In this document: piece after piece, positions 20,842 through 29,644 of the stretch | Position numbering within the stretch: position 1 is the stretch's first letter | Layout of the letters: each line of letters starts with the position of its first letter | From: an uncultured delta proteobacterium | Lineage (GTDB): Bacteria; Desulfobacterota; Binatia; JACPRU01 | Direction of reading: 5' to 3' | DNA: 64,000 nucleotides | Assembly (NCBI GenBank): GCA_963745025.1 | Contig: CAVUWD010000002.1 | Coordinates: forward strand, 1-64,000 | Translations under genes and position numbers: made by a program | Notes under the pieces: generated by a model | Seen by the model: the letters and a program-made list of their open reading frames with translations, nothing else | Told to the model about the DNA's origin: nothing | Database searches by the model: none

Positions 20842-22040
20842 CGCAGCCTCGCCATCACTTTTTCGGCCACCAGCCTGCCGATCTCGAGGGACGCCGTGGC
20901 CGCCGGTGACGGCGCATTGTTGACGTGCACCGCCCGATCATCCTCGACGATGAGGAAATCGTCCACCATCGACCCGTCCGGCGCCACCGCCTGCGCGCGC
21001 ACCCCGGCGGGGGCCGGCAGCAGATCCCGCTCCTCGACCTCGGGCAGCAGCCGCCGGAGCGCGCGCGTGAACGCTCGCTTGCTGAGCGATCGCCACATTT
21101 CGCCGGCGCCCGTCCGCCAGTGCTTTCGCGCGAGCCGCAGGAACCCGCCGTAGGTGAGTGTTTCCCACAGATCGCGGAGGTTCACCGATCCCTTGGTATA
21201 GCCCTCGCGGGCGAACGCGAGAACAGCGTTCGGCCCGCACTCGACCCCGCCGCCGATGCGCCGTGTGAAGTGCACGCCAAGAAACGGGAACGCGGGATCG
21301 GGGACGGGATAGATGAGATTGCGGCAAAGGTGGCGCTTCTCCGGCACGAGCTCGAAGTACTCGCCGCGAAAGGGGACGATCCGCGCCGCAGGCCGTCTGC
21401 CGGCGAGCCGCGTCACCCGGTCGCTCTGAAGCCCCGCGCAGTTCACCACGATTCGCGCGTCGTACTCCGCTGCGGGCGTCGATACCATCGTTCGGTTCCC
21501 GACCATGGAGAACGCGGCGGCGCGCGCGCCGGTCACCACGTTCCCGCCGCCCTCGGCGATCCGCTCGGCGAGCCGTTCGCACACCCGCCGGTAGTCCACG
21601 ATACCCGTCTCGGGGACGTGGAGCGCTTCGATCCCCGCCGCGTGGGGCTCGAGCTCTCGAAGGCGTTCCCGCGAGATCCGCTCGCACCGCACCCCGTTCG
21701 CCATGCCGCGCGCGAGCAACGCATCGAGCCGCGGCTGCTCCGCCTCGTCCAATGCCACGATCACTTTGCCACAGATCTCGTAGGGGATTCCCTCCTCGGC
21801 GCAAAAGCGCTCCATCGCCGACTTTCCCACCCGGCAGTTCGCGGCCTTCAGCGATCCCGGCTTGTAGTAGATTCCGGAGTGGAGAACGCCGGAGTTGCGC
21901 CCCGTCTGGTGGCGCGCGATCGCCGGTTCTTTCTCGAGGACCACGATCGAGGTGCCCGGCCGGCGCGACAAGAGGCAGTGAGACGTCGCCAGGCCGAGGA
22001 TTCCGCCACCGACGACGAGCACGTCGATTTGCGCCGCCAC
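20838..22040 (-). CDS. lhgO: L-2-hydroxyglutarate oxidase
   Basis: [66 protein letters not shown]. Confidence 0.93.
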   Translation of the reverse strand: MAAQIDVLVVGGGILGLATSHCLLSRRPGTSIVVLEKEPAIARHQTGRNSGVLHSGIYYKPGSLKAANCRVGKSAMERFCAEEGIPYEICGKVIVALDEAEQPRLDALLARGMANGVRCERISRERLRELEPHAAGIEALHVPETGIVDYRRVCERLAERIAEGGGNVVTGARAAAFSMVGNRTMVSTPAAEYDARIVVNCAGLQSDRVTRLAGRRPAARIVPFRGEYFELVPEKRHLCRNLIYPVPDPAFPFLGVHFTRRIGGGVECGPNAVLAFAREGYTKGSVNLRDLWETLTYGGFLRLARKHWRTGAGEMWRSLSKRAFTRALRRLLPEVEERDLLPAPAGVRAQAVAPDGSMVDDFLIVEDDRAVHVNNAPSPAATASLEIGRLVAEKVMARLR

Positions 22041-22204
22041 CCCGTCAGTGTAGCAATCCCGCGCCACCGCCTTCCAGGTTGCCAGCGGAGTGCCATGGTT
22101 GCGCGGACGCGCCGTGTAGGCCAGAATTCAGCACGTCATTCAGCCCTGCTACCCGCGAGGTGATCCATGAACCAGCGAGCGAACGTCAAGCCGATCACGT
22201 ACCT

Positions 22205-22385
22205 AAAGAATCGCACTTGGGAGACGGTTCGGCCGGCGTCGACGTCCGCCTCGGCGTGGGCCAGCATCTTGAGCAGCGCCGTCGTCCTTTGCCACTGGTC
22301 GTAGATCTCGACGTCCATGACCACGACCTTGGCCTCGCCATTCTGCGTAATGGTCAGGGTCTGGCCTTCCTCGGCCGTATCGGCT
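22205..22385 (-). pseudogene. N-terminally truncated Phd/YefM-type antitoxin
   Basis: AEEGQTLTITQNGEAKVVVMDVEIYDQWQRTTALLKMLAHAEADVDAGRT; in-frame TGA immediately upstream; no toxin gene downstream. Confidence 0.7.
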
Positions 22386-22677
22386 CATATATCGAGTCTC
22401 GGGGCACGCGGTCGTGGTGCCGGCGGTCTTCGATAGGCGCCGAGATCTCCAGGAAGTCCTGCTGGAGCGACTGGTGCGGCAGGGATGACCAGAACGGCCG
22501 CGGGTGAGCCGTACTGTCGCTGCAATTCTACAGAAGGCTTTTGCCTCCTTCAAATCTGCCGTGTCGAATCCCAACAGGGACGCCGGGCCTCAGGTCGACA
22601 GGGTCACTTTTCCAACCCCGCCTTCTTCAGCAGCGCGCTCCCTCGTTTTCCGCGCTCTGCGCGGTTCGGGATACGCT

Positions 22678-24900
22678 TCACTTCTCCTTGGCGACGTAGA
22701 TCCCGTCCCAGGTCGCGGGCGGACGTTCGACGAGGAACTGCCGGCAGCGCTCGGCGAGCACCTGGCTTGGAGCGTCGTCGGGGCAACCGTCGAGGATCGC
22801 GAGCGCGCCGTCGAAACGGCGCGCGAAGTACGCCTCGAGGGCTTGCTCGTAGCGAGCGACGAACGCAGGCCGGGGAGCGGCGTCGTCTCGGCGGCCGAGG
22901 AGCTCGAAGACCTCGACGCCCTCTCGCTTCCCCTTTACGGCCACGCGATCCACGCGACGGAAGTGGAAGTGATCGCGCGCGTCCCGCTCCACCGCAGCGC
23001 TCACCAGGATGAACGTCCCGTACTGCTTGTTGAGGCCCTCGAGGCGGGACGCGAGATTCACGCCGTCGCCCATCGCCGTGAAGCTCATGCGATCCGGAGC
23101 GCCGAAGTGGCCGACGTTCACCTCGGCTCGGTGAATGCCGAAGCGCGTCCGCCAGGGAGCAAGGGCGGCCCACGCGGGGCTCGCGAACAGTGCCCCGGTC
23201 GCTTCGCCGCAGACGAGCGCGGCCTCGCAGGCACGTTCGGCGTGGCGCTCGCAAGGGTTGGGAGTGTTCCACAGCGCCATCACCCCGTCGCCCGTGTACT
23301 TGTCGATGATGCCGCCGGTCGAGTGGATCGCGCGCGTCATGGCGTCGAGATATGCGCCGAGCGCCACGGCGAGGGCATTCGGCGTCAGCTGTTCCGAGAC
23401 CGTGGTGAAGCCCGCGATGTCGGAGAAGAGCAACGTCACGTCCTGGATCTGAGCGCCGAGCATGGGCTCGACCCGCGCTTCGTAGAGCTGCCGCACGAGA
23501 TCGAGCGGCACGTACTTGCCAAGCGCGCGCAGAGCCGTCTTCGCTTGCTCGAGGCTGTCGGCGGCGGCCTGGACGTCGCGAAACGTGTCCGCCGCGGTCC
23601 GCGCGGGCGCGAAGTCGAAGCCGCTGAGGCGCGTCGTCTCGGTGATCAGGCGCCCGAGGTCTCGGCGCATCGCCCGCAGCATCAGCGCGCCACCCGCGAC
23701 GGCGACGAGCATCAGGACCGCCGCGACCCCGAGAGCGCGCCGTCGCGACGCCTCGAGGTCGCTGAGGTAGTACGCTTCGGGAACGACGATGCCGACGAGC
23801 CATCCCTGGGTGCGGTCTTCGAGCAAGCTCGCGACGCTCACCAGGTACGGCGTGCCGCCGACGCTCAAGCGGACGAGCGCGGAGCCTCCCGAGGCCACGT
23901 CATTCAGCACCGGGGCGCGAAGCGCCGCTGCGACCTGCGGCGGCGGCGAGGCGGGTACCACGCGGACGTCTCCGTCGGGATCGGGCTTGCCGTCGGCGTC
24001 GAGGAGCGCGAAGCGATCGGCGGAGCCGAGGCGCGAGATCAATCGCCCGCGCCGATCGCAGAGGAATACCACGTGCGGGTCCGCCGAAGCCGAGCGCTCG
24101 TCGACGCGGAGCCGGGTGAACTCGTCGATCCGATTGTTGAGCAGCGAGACGCGCAAGACGCCGAGAAACGTCTCGTCGTTCGACCAGAGCGCCTTCTGCA
24201 CGCTAACGACGCGTCGGCGCGTCTCCTCCGGCAGACCCGCGTCGGCCTCGCTGTAGGAGAGGTCGCTCCACAGCGCCCGGCCTCGGTGCTCCTCCCGAGA
24301 GGGCACGGTGAAGGTGGCATGGATCGTCGGATCGACCGCGGGCGGCGCCGCGGCGTGGGGCGACGTTTCGTACGGCAGCCGACGTTCCTCGGCTTGCCAA
24401 CGGCTCCCCACCTGCCAGAGGCGGCGAACCACCACCCCGGCGTCGCTCCCGGCACCGACTCGAGCGACCGAGACCTGCCCCGACTGGTCGGGCGAGAGCT
24501 TCAGGTCACCGGCGTCGTGAGGTCCGTCGTCGTGCTCGTAGCGCCCGACCGCTCGCCCGTAGGTCAGCGTGACCTCGGTCACTTGCGGGTGGCTGGTCAG
24601 CTCGCCGATCAACGACGACTCGACGGTGTCGAGCCGAGCCGGGTCGACGAGCCCGAGGTCCGTTTGCCACGCGAACGACTCGAGCAAGCGCTCCGCCTCT
24701 CCGAGATGCCCTTCGACGCGCTCGGTCACCCGGCGACTCGCCTGGCGCATGAGCTCCTCGGAGGCGAGCAAGATCGTGTGCCGCGAGCCCGCGTAGAAGA
24801 TCGACAGCAGCGCGACCAGCAAGGCCGCGAGGCCGAGGAAGCAAAGCCCGATGAACTGCCCGAGCGTCAGTCGAGGCCGGTACAGGGAACGTCGCTGCAT
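22678..24900 (-). CDS. Membrane-bound class III adenylate/guanylate cyclase with extracytoplasmic sensor and C-terminal TPR-like tail
   Basis: Two TM segments flanking a large sensor region; VTLLFSDIAGFTTVSE, IDKYTGDGVMALW, RFGIH, MGDGVNLASRLEGLNK, VAVKGK, WDGIY. Confidence 0.93.
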   Translation of the reverse strand: MQRRSLYRPRLTLGQFIGLCFLGLAALLVALLSIFYAGSRHTILLASEELMRQASRRVTERVEGHLGEAERLLESFAWQTDLGLVDPARLDTVESSLIGELTSHPQVTEVTLTYGRAVGRYEHDDGPHDAGDLKLSPDQSGQVSVARVGAGSDAGVVVRRLWQVGSRWQAEERRLPYETSPHAAAPPAVDPTIHATFTVPSREEHRGRALWSDLSYSEADAGLPEETRRRVVSVQKALWSNDETFLGVLRVSLLNNRIDEFTRLRVDERSASADPHVVFLCDRRGRLISRLGSADRFALLDADGKPDPDGDVRVVPASPPPQVAAALRAPVLNDVASGGSALVRLSVGGTPYLVSVASLLEDRTQGWLVGIVVPEAYYLSDLEASRRRALGVAAVLMLVAVAGGALMLRAMRRDLGRLITETTRLSGFDFAPARTAADTFRDVQAAADSLEQAKTALRALGKYVPLDLVRQLYEARVEPMLGAQIQDVTLLFSDIAGFTTVSEQLTPNALAVALGAYLDAMTRAIHSTGGIIDKYTGDGVMALWNTPNPCERHAERACEAALVCGEATGALFASPAWAALAPWRTRFGIHRAEVNVGHFGAPDRMSFTAMGDGVNLASRLEGLNKQYGTFILVSAAVERDARDHFHFRRVDRVAVKGKREGVEVFELLGRRDDAAPRPAFVARYEQALEAYFARRFDGALAILDGCPDDAPSQVLAERCRQFLVERPPATWDGIYVAKEK

Positions 24901-25021
24901 GATCGGAATTGTCGGGATCTTCGAGCTGATTTGGAAGCTTCGCGCCCGACAATTCCGATCAGGCGGCGCAATTCCGTCGAGCCCCGAGACGAGCGTGCGC
25001 GCAGGATTCCGGGGAAAAAAA

Positions 25022-25077
25022 CGGCTACCGGCTACCGGCAAAGACTCCAGGTGTCTCTTGCGGTAGCCGGAAGCCGG
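25022..25077. repeat. Heptamer (GGCTACC) tandem arms forming an inverted repeat, possible terminator or spacer hairpin
   Basis: CGGCTACCGGCTACCGGC...GCGGTAGCCGGAAGCCG directly downstream of the doxX stop. Confidence 0.5.
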
Positions 25078-25091
25078 TCGCCATTTTCTCC

Positions 25092-25550
25092 TCAGATCTC
25101 ATGCCGGTTCATCGCGTTCGCGATCAGCCGATCGAGCGAGATCGGACCGGGGCCGGCGAGCGCCAGCCAAGCGAAGATCACCACGTACGCCCATTCCGTG
25201 AGCCCGAAAAAGCCCGCGAGCGAGTCGACGTTTCCCCACTGCGCGGTCTTGATCGCGACGAACATGACGACGATCAGCGGAACCGACGCGATGCGCGTGG
25301 CGAGCCCAACGAGCACGAGCAGGCCGCAGACGAACTCGTTGGCCGAGGCGAACGGCGCCTGGTACTGCGGGTAGGGGATGCCGAGCTCGGTGAAATAGTC
25401 GATGATCTTCTGCAGATTGTGGAGCTTCCCCCAGCCGGTCGAGACGAAGATCCAGCCGATCGTGAGGCGCGCGATGAGCGGCGCGAGCCAGGCGAGCCGT
25501 CGAGCGACGGCGCTCGGAAGATCGTAAATCAGTGTGGCAATCAGATTCAT
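25092..25550 (-). CDS. DoxX family membrane protein
   Basis: RLTIGWIFVSTGWGK, EFVCGLLVLVGLATR, GPGPISLD. Confidence 0.92.
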   Translation of the reverse strand: MNLIATLIYDLPSAVARRLAWLAPLIARLTIGWIFVSTGWGKLHNLQKIIDYFTELGIPYPQYQAPFASANEFVCGLLVLVGLATRIASVPLIVVMFVAIKTAQWGNVDSLAGFFGLTEWAYVVIFAWLALAGPGPISLDRLIANAMNRHEI

Positions 25551-25945
25551 GCTTCTTCTCCTCGGCCCTTGGCCCTTCTTCTGAACCTCGCCACGGCCCT
25601 TCGAGTTCCCGCCGCGACGACTGCGGCGAGCTCGAAGGTCTCGCGAAGTCTACCTCTTGGATGAAGGCGCGCGGGGTGAGGTTTCGCGTTAGGGCGAGCC
25701 GAAGCTACGTAGGCGTTTTTCCACAAGAGGCTTGGTTGCGATCGCAGCCTCCCTCCACCCGGTGAGCGCTGGTGGCAGAGCCCCAGAGGAATCCTTCGGG
25801 GAATTGCCACCGATTCACTCATTCCCTTCGAAGGATCGTAGCGCCCGCCCCGTTCCAGAGCTTGCCAACCGCCACGAGGAGTGCATTGATATGAAGTAAT
25901 ATCGGTCTTTGCGGGCGTGAGTACGGGAGAGAGAGCCCGGAAGCC

Positions 25946-25959
25946 GAGGAGGTAGAACG
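25946..25959 (+). promoter_or_regulatory. Strong Shine-Dalgarno site for xmoC
   Basis: GAGGAGGT followed by AGAACG and then ATG at 25960. Confidence 0.8.
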
Positions 25960-26742
25960 ATGGCCATGGCCGCAAAAGTCCTGACGATCGACGGTCGACG
26001 TGCCCCGAGCGCAGGAGGGATCAATTACCGGCTCCTGGCCGGCGGGATGCTGACGCTCAGCGCGATCTTCGTGAGCGTTCGACTCTACCAGCAGTTCTTC
26101 GCCTGGACGACCGGACTGGATTCGAGCACGCCGGAATTCCAGACGCACTGGATGCGGCTTCTCTACGGCGAGTTCTTCGTCGAAGGTGTGGCCGCGGCCG
26201 CGATCTGGGGCTGGCTCTGGAAGACGCGGGATCGCAATCTCGCGGCGCTCGAACCCTCGGAAGAGATCAAGCGCTATCTGCGTCTGATCGGTTGGCTGCT
26301 GATGTACGTCTTCGCGGTCTACTGGGCCGAGTTCTTCGCCGAGCAAGACGCGACCTGGCACCAAACGGTGGTCCGCGACACCGAGTTCACGCCGAGCCAC
26401 ATTGCGCTCTTCTTCGGCGCCATGCCGGTGTTCATCATCATGGGTGTGAGCTCGTATCTCTACGCGCGGACGCGCATTCCACAGTTCGCGCGCGGGCATT
26501 CGGTCCCCTTCGTGATCGCCGTCGCCGGCCCCTTCATGATGCTGCCCAACGTCGGCTTCAACGAGTGGGGTCACACGTTCTGGATCATGGAGGAGATCTT
26601 CTCGGCGCCGCTGCATGCGGGATTCGTCGTGTTCGCCTGGGCCGCGCTCTGTCTCGGAGGCATCCTGATGCAGGGCATCCCCCGCATCATCGAGCTGGCG
26701 CAGGGAGAGGCGCAGCGGGCGGTACGCCCCGCGACCGGCTGA
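25960..26742 (+). CDS. pmoC: Copper membrane monooxygenase subunit C (PmoC/AmoC family)
   Basis: WGWLWKTRDRNL, EQDATWHQTVVRDTEFTPSH (CuC Asp/His/His), GPFMMLPNVGFNEWGHTFWIMEEIFSAPLH (CuD Asn/His/His). Confidence 0.97.
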   Translation: MAMAAKVLTIDGRRAPSAGGINYRLLAGGMLTLSAIFVSVRLYQQFFAWTTGLDSSTPEFQTHWMRLLYGEFFVEGVAAAAIWGWLWKTRDRNLAALEPSEEIKRYLRLIGWLLMYVFAVYWAEFFAEQDATWHQTVVRDTEFTPSHIALFFGAMPVFIIMGVSSYLYARTRIPQFARGHSVPFVIAVAGPFMMLPNVGFNEWGHTFWIMEEIFSAPLHAGFVVFAWAALCLGGILMQGIPRIIELAQGEAQRAVRPATG

Positions 26743-26766
26743 CCGTCGGCGGCGGCGAGGCGCGGA

Positions 26767-27537
26767 ATGGTGCAGCGGAAGGCAGCGTCGGCCGAACCGG
26801 CGTACGACGACGTATCTCCGGCATCGAGCGATCCGCAGCAGCTCTATCGGACGATCGATTGGCTGCTGATCCCGCTGCTCTTCATGGTGGTGCAGGCGGC
26901 CTTCCACATCCACGCGATGCTCACGGTGGGTGACTGGGACTTCTGGACCGACTGGAAGGATCGGCGCTGGTGGCTCGTGGTGACGCCGATCTCGCTCATC
27001 ACCTTTCCCGCGGCGATCCAGTACGTTCTCTGGGAAAAGTTCCGGCTGCCGATCGGCGCCACGGTCTGCGTGACGGCGCTGCTGCTCGGACAGTGGATGA
27101 GCCGAACGATCAACTTCTACGGCTGGGCCTACTTCCCGCTGAACTTCACCTGGCCGGCGACGCTCATCCCGGGGGCGATTCTGCTCGACTGCGTGTTGAT
27201 CCTCACGCGGAGCTATCTGTTGACCGGCATCTTCGGCGGCATGCTCTGGGGGGTGATCTTCTACTTCGGCAACTGGCCGATGCTCGCGCCCTTCCATCTG
27301 CCGATGAACCACAACGGCGTGCTGTTGTCGCTCGCCGACCTCCAGGGTTTCGAGTACATCCGGACGGGAACGCCCGAATACATCCGCATCATCGAGCGGG
27401 GTACGCTGCGCACGTTCGGCAAGGACGTTACCCCGGTCTCGGCGTTCTTCTCGGGGTTCGTGTGCGTGCTCATGTACTTCGTGTGGAATCTCATGGGTCG
27501 ACTGCTGTCGACCGTGCGCTTCATCCAGAAGATCTGA
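26767..27537 (+). CDS. pmoA: Copper membrane monooxygenase subunit A (PmoA/AmoA family)
   Basis: HIHAMLTVGDWDFWTDWKDR, FRLPIGAT, FYFGNWP, YIRTGTPEYIRIIERGTLRTFGKDV. Confidence 0.98.
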   Translation: MVQRKAASAEPAYDDVSPASSDPQQLYRTIDWLLIPLLFMVVQAAFHIHAMLTVGDWDFWTDWKDRRWWLVVTPISLITFPAAIQYVLWEKFRLPIGATVCVTALLLGQWMSRTINFYGWAYFPLNFTWPATLIPGAILLDCVLILTRSYLLTGIFGGMLWGVIFYFGNWPMLAPFHLPMNHNGVLLSLADLQGFEYIRTGTPEYIRIIERGTLRTFGKDVTPVSAFFSGFVCVLMYFVWNLMGRLLSTVRFIQKI

Positions 27538-27548
27538 GCACCGCGCGC

Positions 27549-28793
27549 ATGGCTTCACGCTCACGCTCACGCGGGCGGCTCGTAGCTCTGATCGCGCTCG
27601 GCTGGAGTGCGGTGGCGTCCCTCGCGTGGGCGCATGGGGAGCGCACCCAGGAGCCGTTCCTGCGCATGCGCAGCATCCTCTTCTACGACTGCCAGTGGTC
27701 GACGGATCGCCTGAAGGTGAACGACGAGCTCGTCCTGTCGGGCCGATTTCGGGTGTTCGACGACTGGCCGATCGAAGTGATGGGCCGGCCGGAGACCGTG
27801 TACATCAACACGGGAGTGCCGGGCCCGGTCTTCGTGCGTAAAGAGTCGTTCCTGAACGGCGTGAACATGGCGAACTCCACGTCGCTGACGATCGGCGGCG
27901 ACTACGAGTTCCAGGTGAAGCTTCGCGCCCGTGCTCCCGGCACCTACCACGTTCATCCGCTGATCAACGTCTACAACGCCGGCCCGATCCAGGGACCGGG
28001 AAAATGGGTGACCATCGAGCCGGGCGGCGGGCCCTTCACGAACCCGGAGAAGACGCTGATGGGCCAAGAGGTCGATCTCGAGCGATTCGGGTTCTCCACC
28101 GTGGTCGGGTGGCATCTCGTATGGGTCGCGGTCGCTCTGGTCTGGCTCGCCTGGTGGGTCCGGCGGCCGCTGTTCATTCCGCGATACATCCTCGTCACGC
28201 GCGGCGCCGAGGACGAGCTCGTGTCCGCCACCGATCGCAAGCTCGCAGCAGGGCTCTTCGTCGCCACGCTGGCGATCGTGGTGATCGGCAACTACTGGGC
28301 GACCACGAAGTACCCGATCACCGTTCCACTGCAGTCGAGCCGCATTCGCGTCAAGCCGCTGCCGCGGCCCGCGCAGGGGGTGGAGGTGGACCTCGTCAAG
28401 GCGACCTACGAGGTGCCCGGGCGCACGGTCTATCTCGACCTGAAGGTCACGAATCAGTTGGCGAAGCCGGTGCGCCTCTCCGAGCTCACCACGGCGAACG
28501 TGCGCTTTCTGAACGCCGCCGTCGCCAAGGACGAGCCGGGCTATCCGCGCGATCTGATCGCGCCGAGCGGGCTCGCGGTCGAGCCCGAAGCCGCGATTGG
28601 CCCGGGCGAGACGAAGCTCGTTCACGTCTCCGCGACGGACCCCATCTGGGAGACGGAGCGCTTGGCGCTCCTCCTCTACGATCCCGACAGCCGCTTCGGC
28701 GGGCTGCTCATGTTCCAGGACTCCGAGGGCACGCGCTATCTATCGACGGTCGGTGGGCCGATCCTTCCGACCTTCAATCTGAAGGCGCTGTAG
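27549..28793 (+). CDS. pmoB: Copper membrane monooxygenase subunit B (PmoB/AmoB family)
   Basis: Signal peptide then HGERTQEPFLRMR, PGTYHVHP (CuB His brace), GPGKWV, two TM helices, YEVPGR, WETERL, YDPDSRFGGLL. Confidence 0.97.
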   Translation: MASRSRSRGRLVALIALGWSAVASLAWAHGERTQEPFLRMRSILFYDCQWSTDRLKVNDELVLSGRFRVFDDWPIEVMGRPETVYINTGVPGPVFVRKESFLNGVNMANSTSLTIGGDYEFQVKLRARAPGTYHVHPLINVYNAGPIQGPGKWVTIEPGGGPFTNPEKTLMGQEVDLERFGFSTVVGWHLVWVAVALVWLAWWVRRPLFIPRYILVTRGAEDELVSATDRKLAAGLFVATLAIVVIGNYWATTKYPITVPLQSSRIRVKPLPRPAQGVEVDLVKATYEVPGRTVYLDLKVTNQLAKPVRLSELTTANVRFLNAAVAKDEPGYPRDLIAPSGLAVEPEAAIGPGETKLVHVSATDPIWETERLALLLYDPDSRFGGLLMFQDSEGTRYLSTVGGPILPTFNLKAL

Positions 28794-28843
28794 TGCGTAG
28801 GCCTTTCTTTGCAAGAAGCCAGCAAAGACGTCGCAGAATGATG

Positions 28844-29013
28844 AGCGCGCGTGTCCTATTCGATCCGTATTCGGATCGAATAGGACACGCGCAACCGCGA
28901 CTATGAAGCGCGGGACGGTTCGAGCCGCTCCTTGGGTATTGCCTTCCGCGCTCCGCGCGGTGGGTGCCGTTTCCGGTCGAGCCGAGTACGGCTCGACCGG
29001 AAACGGCACCGCT
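28844..29013. repeat. Composite inverted repeat element 2 in the xmoB-xmoD spacer
   Basis: Perfect 20-bp stem 28847-28866/28873-28892 (loop GTATTC); leader TATTGCCTTCCGCGCTCCGCGCGGT; perfect 21-bp stem 28963-28983/28990-29010 (loop GAGTAC). Confidence 0.95.
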
Positions 29014-29032
29014 GTCATAACGACGTACGTTC

Positions 29033-29644
29033 GTGGCAGAGACTGAAGGCATTACGCTAGTGCGCACGATCATCCACCGTCCACGCGCGAGGGCCGTGAT
29101 TGCGCTCGTCGCGCTTCTCACCGGAGCGGCGTCGACCGCCGCGCGCGCGCACGGCGGCGCGACGATCGACAAGGATCCGTGCGTACAAAAGACCGGCAAC
29201 TGGTCCGTGCACTTCACCGTCTACGAGCCCGAGTTCGATCCCTCCGGCGAATACTGTGCCGACGTTCCGAAGGCCGGACCGATGATCGTCGTCTTCGACT
29301 TGGTCGATCAGGAATTGCGGAAGGTCCCCTTCGACCTCGAGATCGTCAAGGTGAACGGATCGTCCCGGGAGACCCTCCACCACGTCCCCGCCAAACCTTA
29401 CCCGACCGGCGTGATCAACGCCCAGCTGACGATCGCCTCGCCCGGCCGCTACGCGGCGATCGTCACCCCCGAAGGTAAGGATCCGATCCTCTTCCCCATG
29501 CGGGTCGAGATTGCGATGCCGCTCTGGGTGTGGGTCATCCCGCTGCTGCTCGTCGCGCCTCTCCTCTACTACTGGAGCCAGCGCCGCACGCCCCCGCCCG
29601 CCGCGGCTTCCGAAGCGCGGCGAAACCTCGCGCTGGTCAAGTGA
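29033..29644 (+). CDS. pmoD: PmoD/AmoD-family periplasmic copper protein with C-terminal TM anchor (start may be GTG at 29060)
   Basis: Signal peptide then HGG..DPC..VHFTVYEP, EYCADVPKAGPMIVVFDLVDQELR, YPTGVI, C-terminal TM; position directly after xmoB. Confidence 0.85.
   Translation: MAETEGITLVRTIIHRPRARAVIALVALLTGAASTAARAHGGATIDKDPCVQKTGNWSVHFTVYEPEFDPSGEYCADVPKAGPMIVVFDLVDQELRKVPFDLEIVKVNGSSRETLHHVPAKPYPTGVINAQLTIASPGRYAAIVTPEGKDPILFPMRVEIAMPLWVWVIPLLLVAPLLYYWSQRRTPPPAAASEARRNLALVK

Noticed and set aside
22504-25374. 956-aa plus-strand ORF and other long antisense or alternate-frame ORFs (e.g. 29569-32178, 25819-27570, 39233-40957)
   Set aside because: Shadow ORFs of real genes in high-GC DNA; Arg/Ala/Pro-rich with no motifs
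25860-25900. Sigma54 or sigma70 promoter for xmoC
   Set aside because: CGCCACG-N4-GTGCA lacks the invariant -24 GG, and TTGCCA has no convincing -10 at 17 bp
25547-25975. DUF692/DUF2063 RiPP genes upstream of doxX
   Set aside because: No recognisable DUF692, DUF2063 or Cys-containing precursor peptide in the spacer
25960-28793. Calling the host a proven methanotroph or ammonia oxidiser
   Set aside because: CuMMO substrate cannot be read from sequence alone, and no methanol dehydrogenase or hao is in the window
28847-29010. Intrinsic terminators after xmoB
   Set aside because: No U-tract follows either stem, and they belong to a dispersed repeat family
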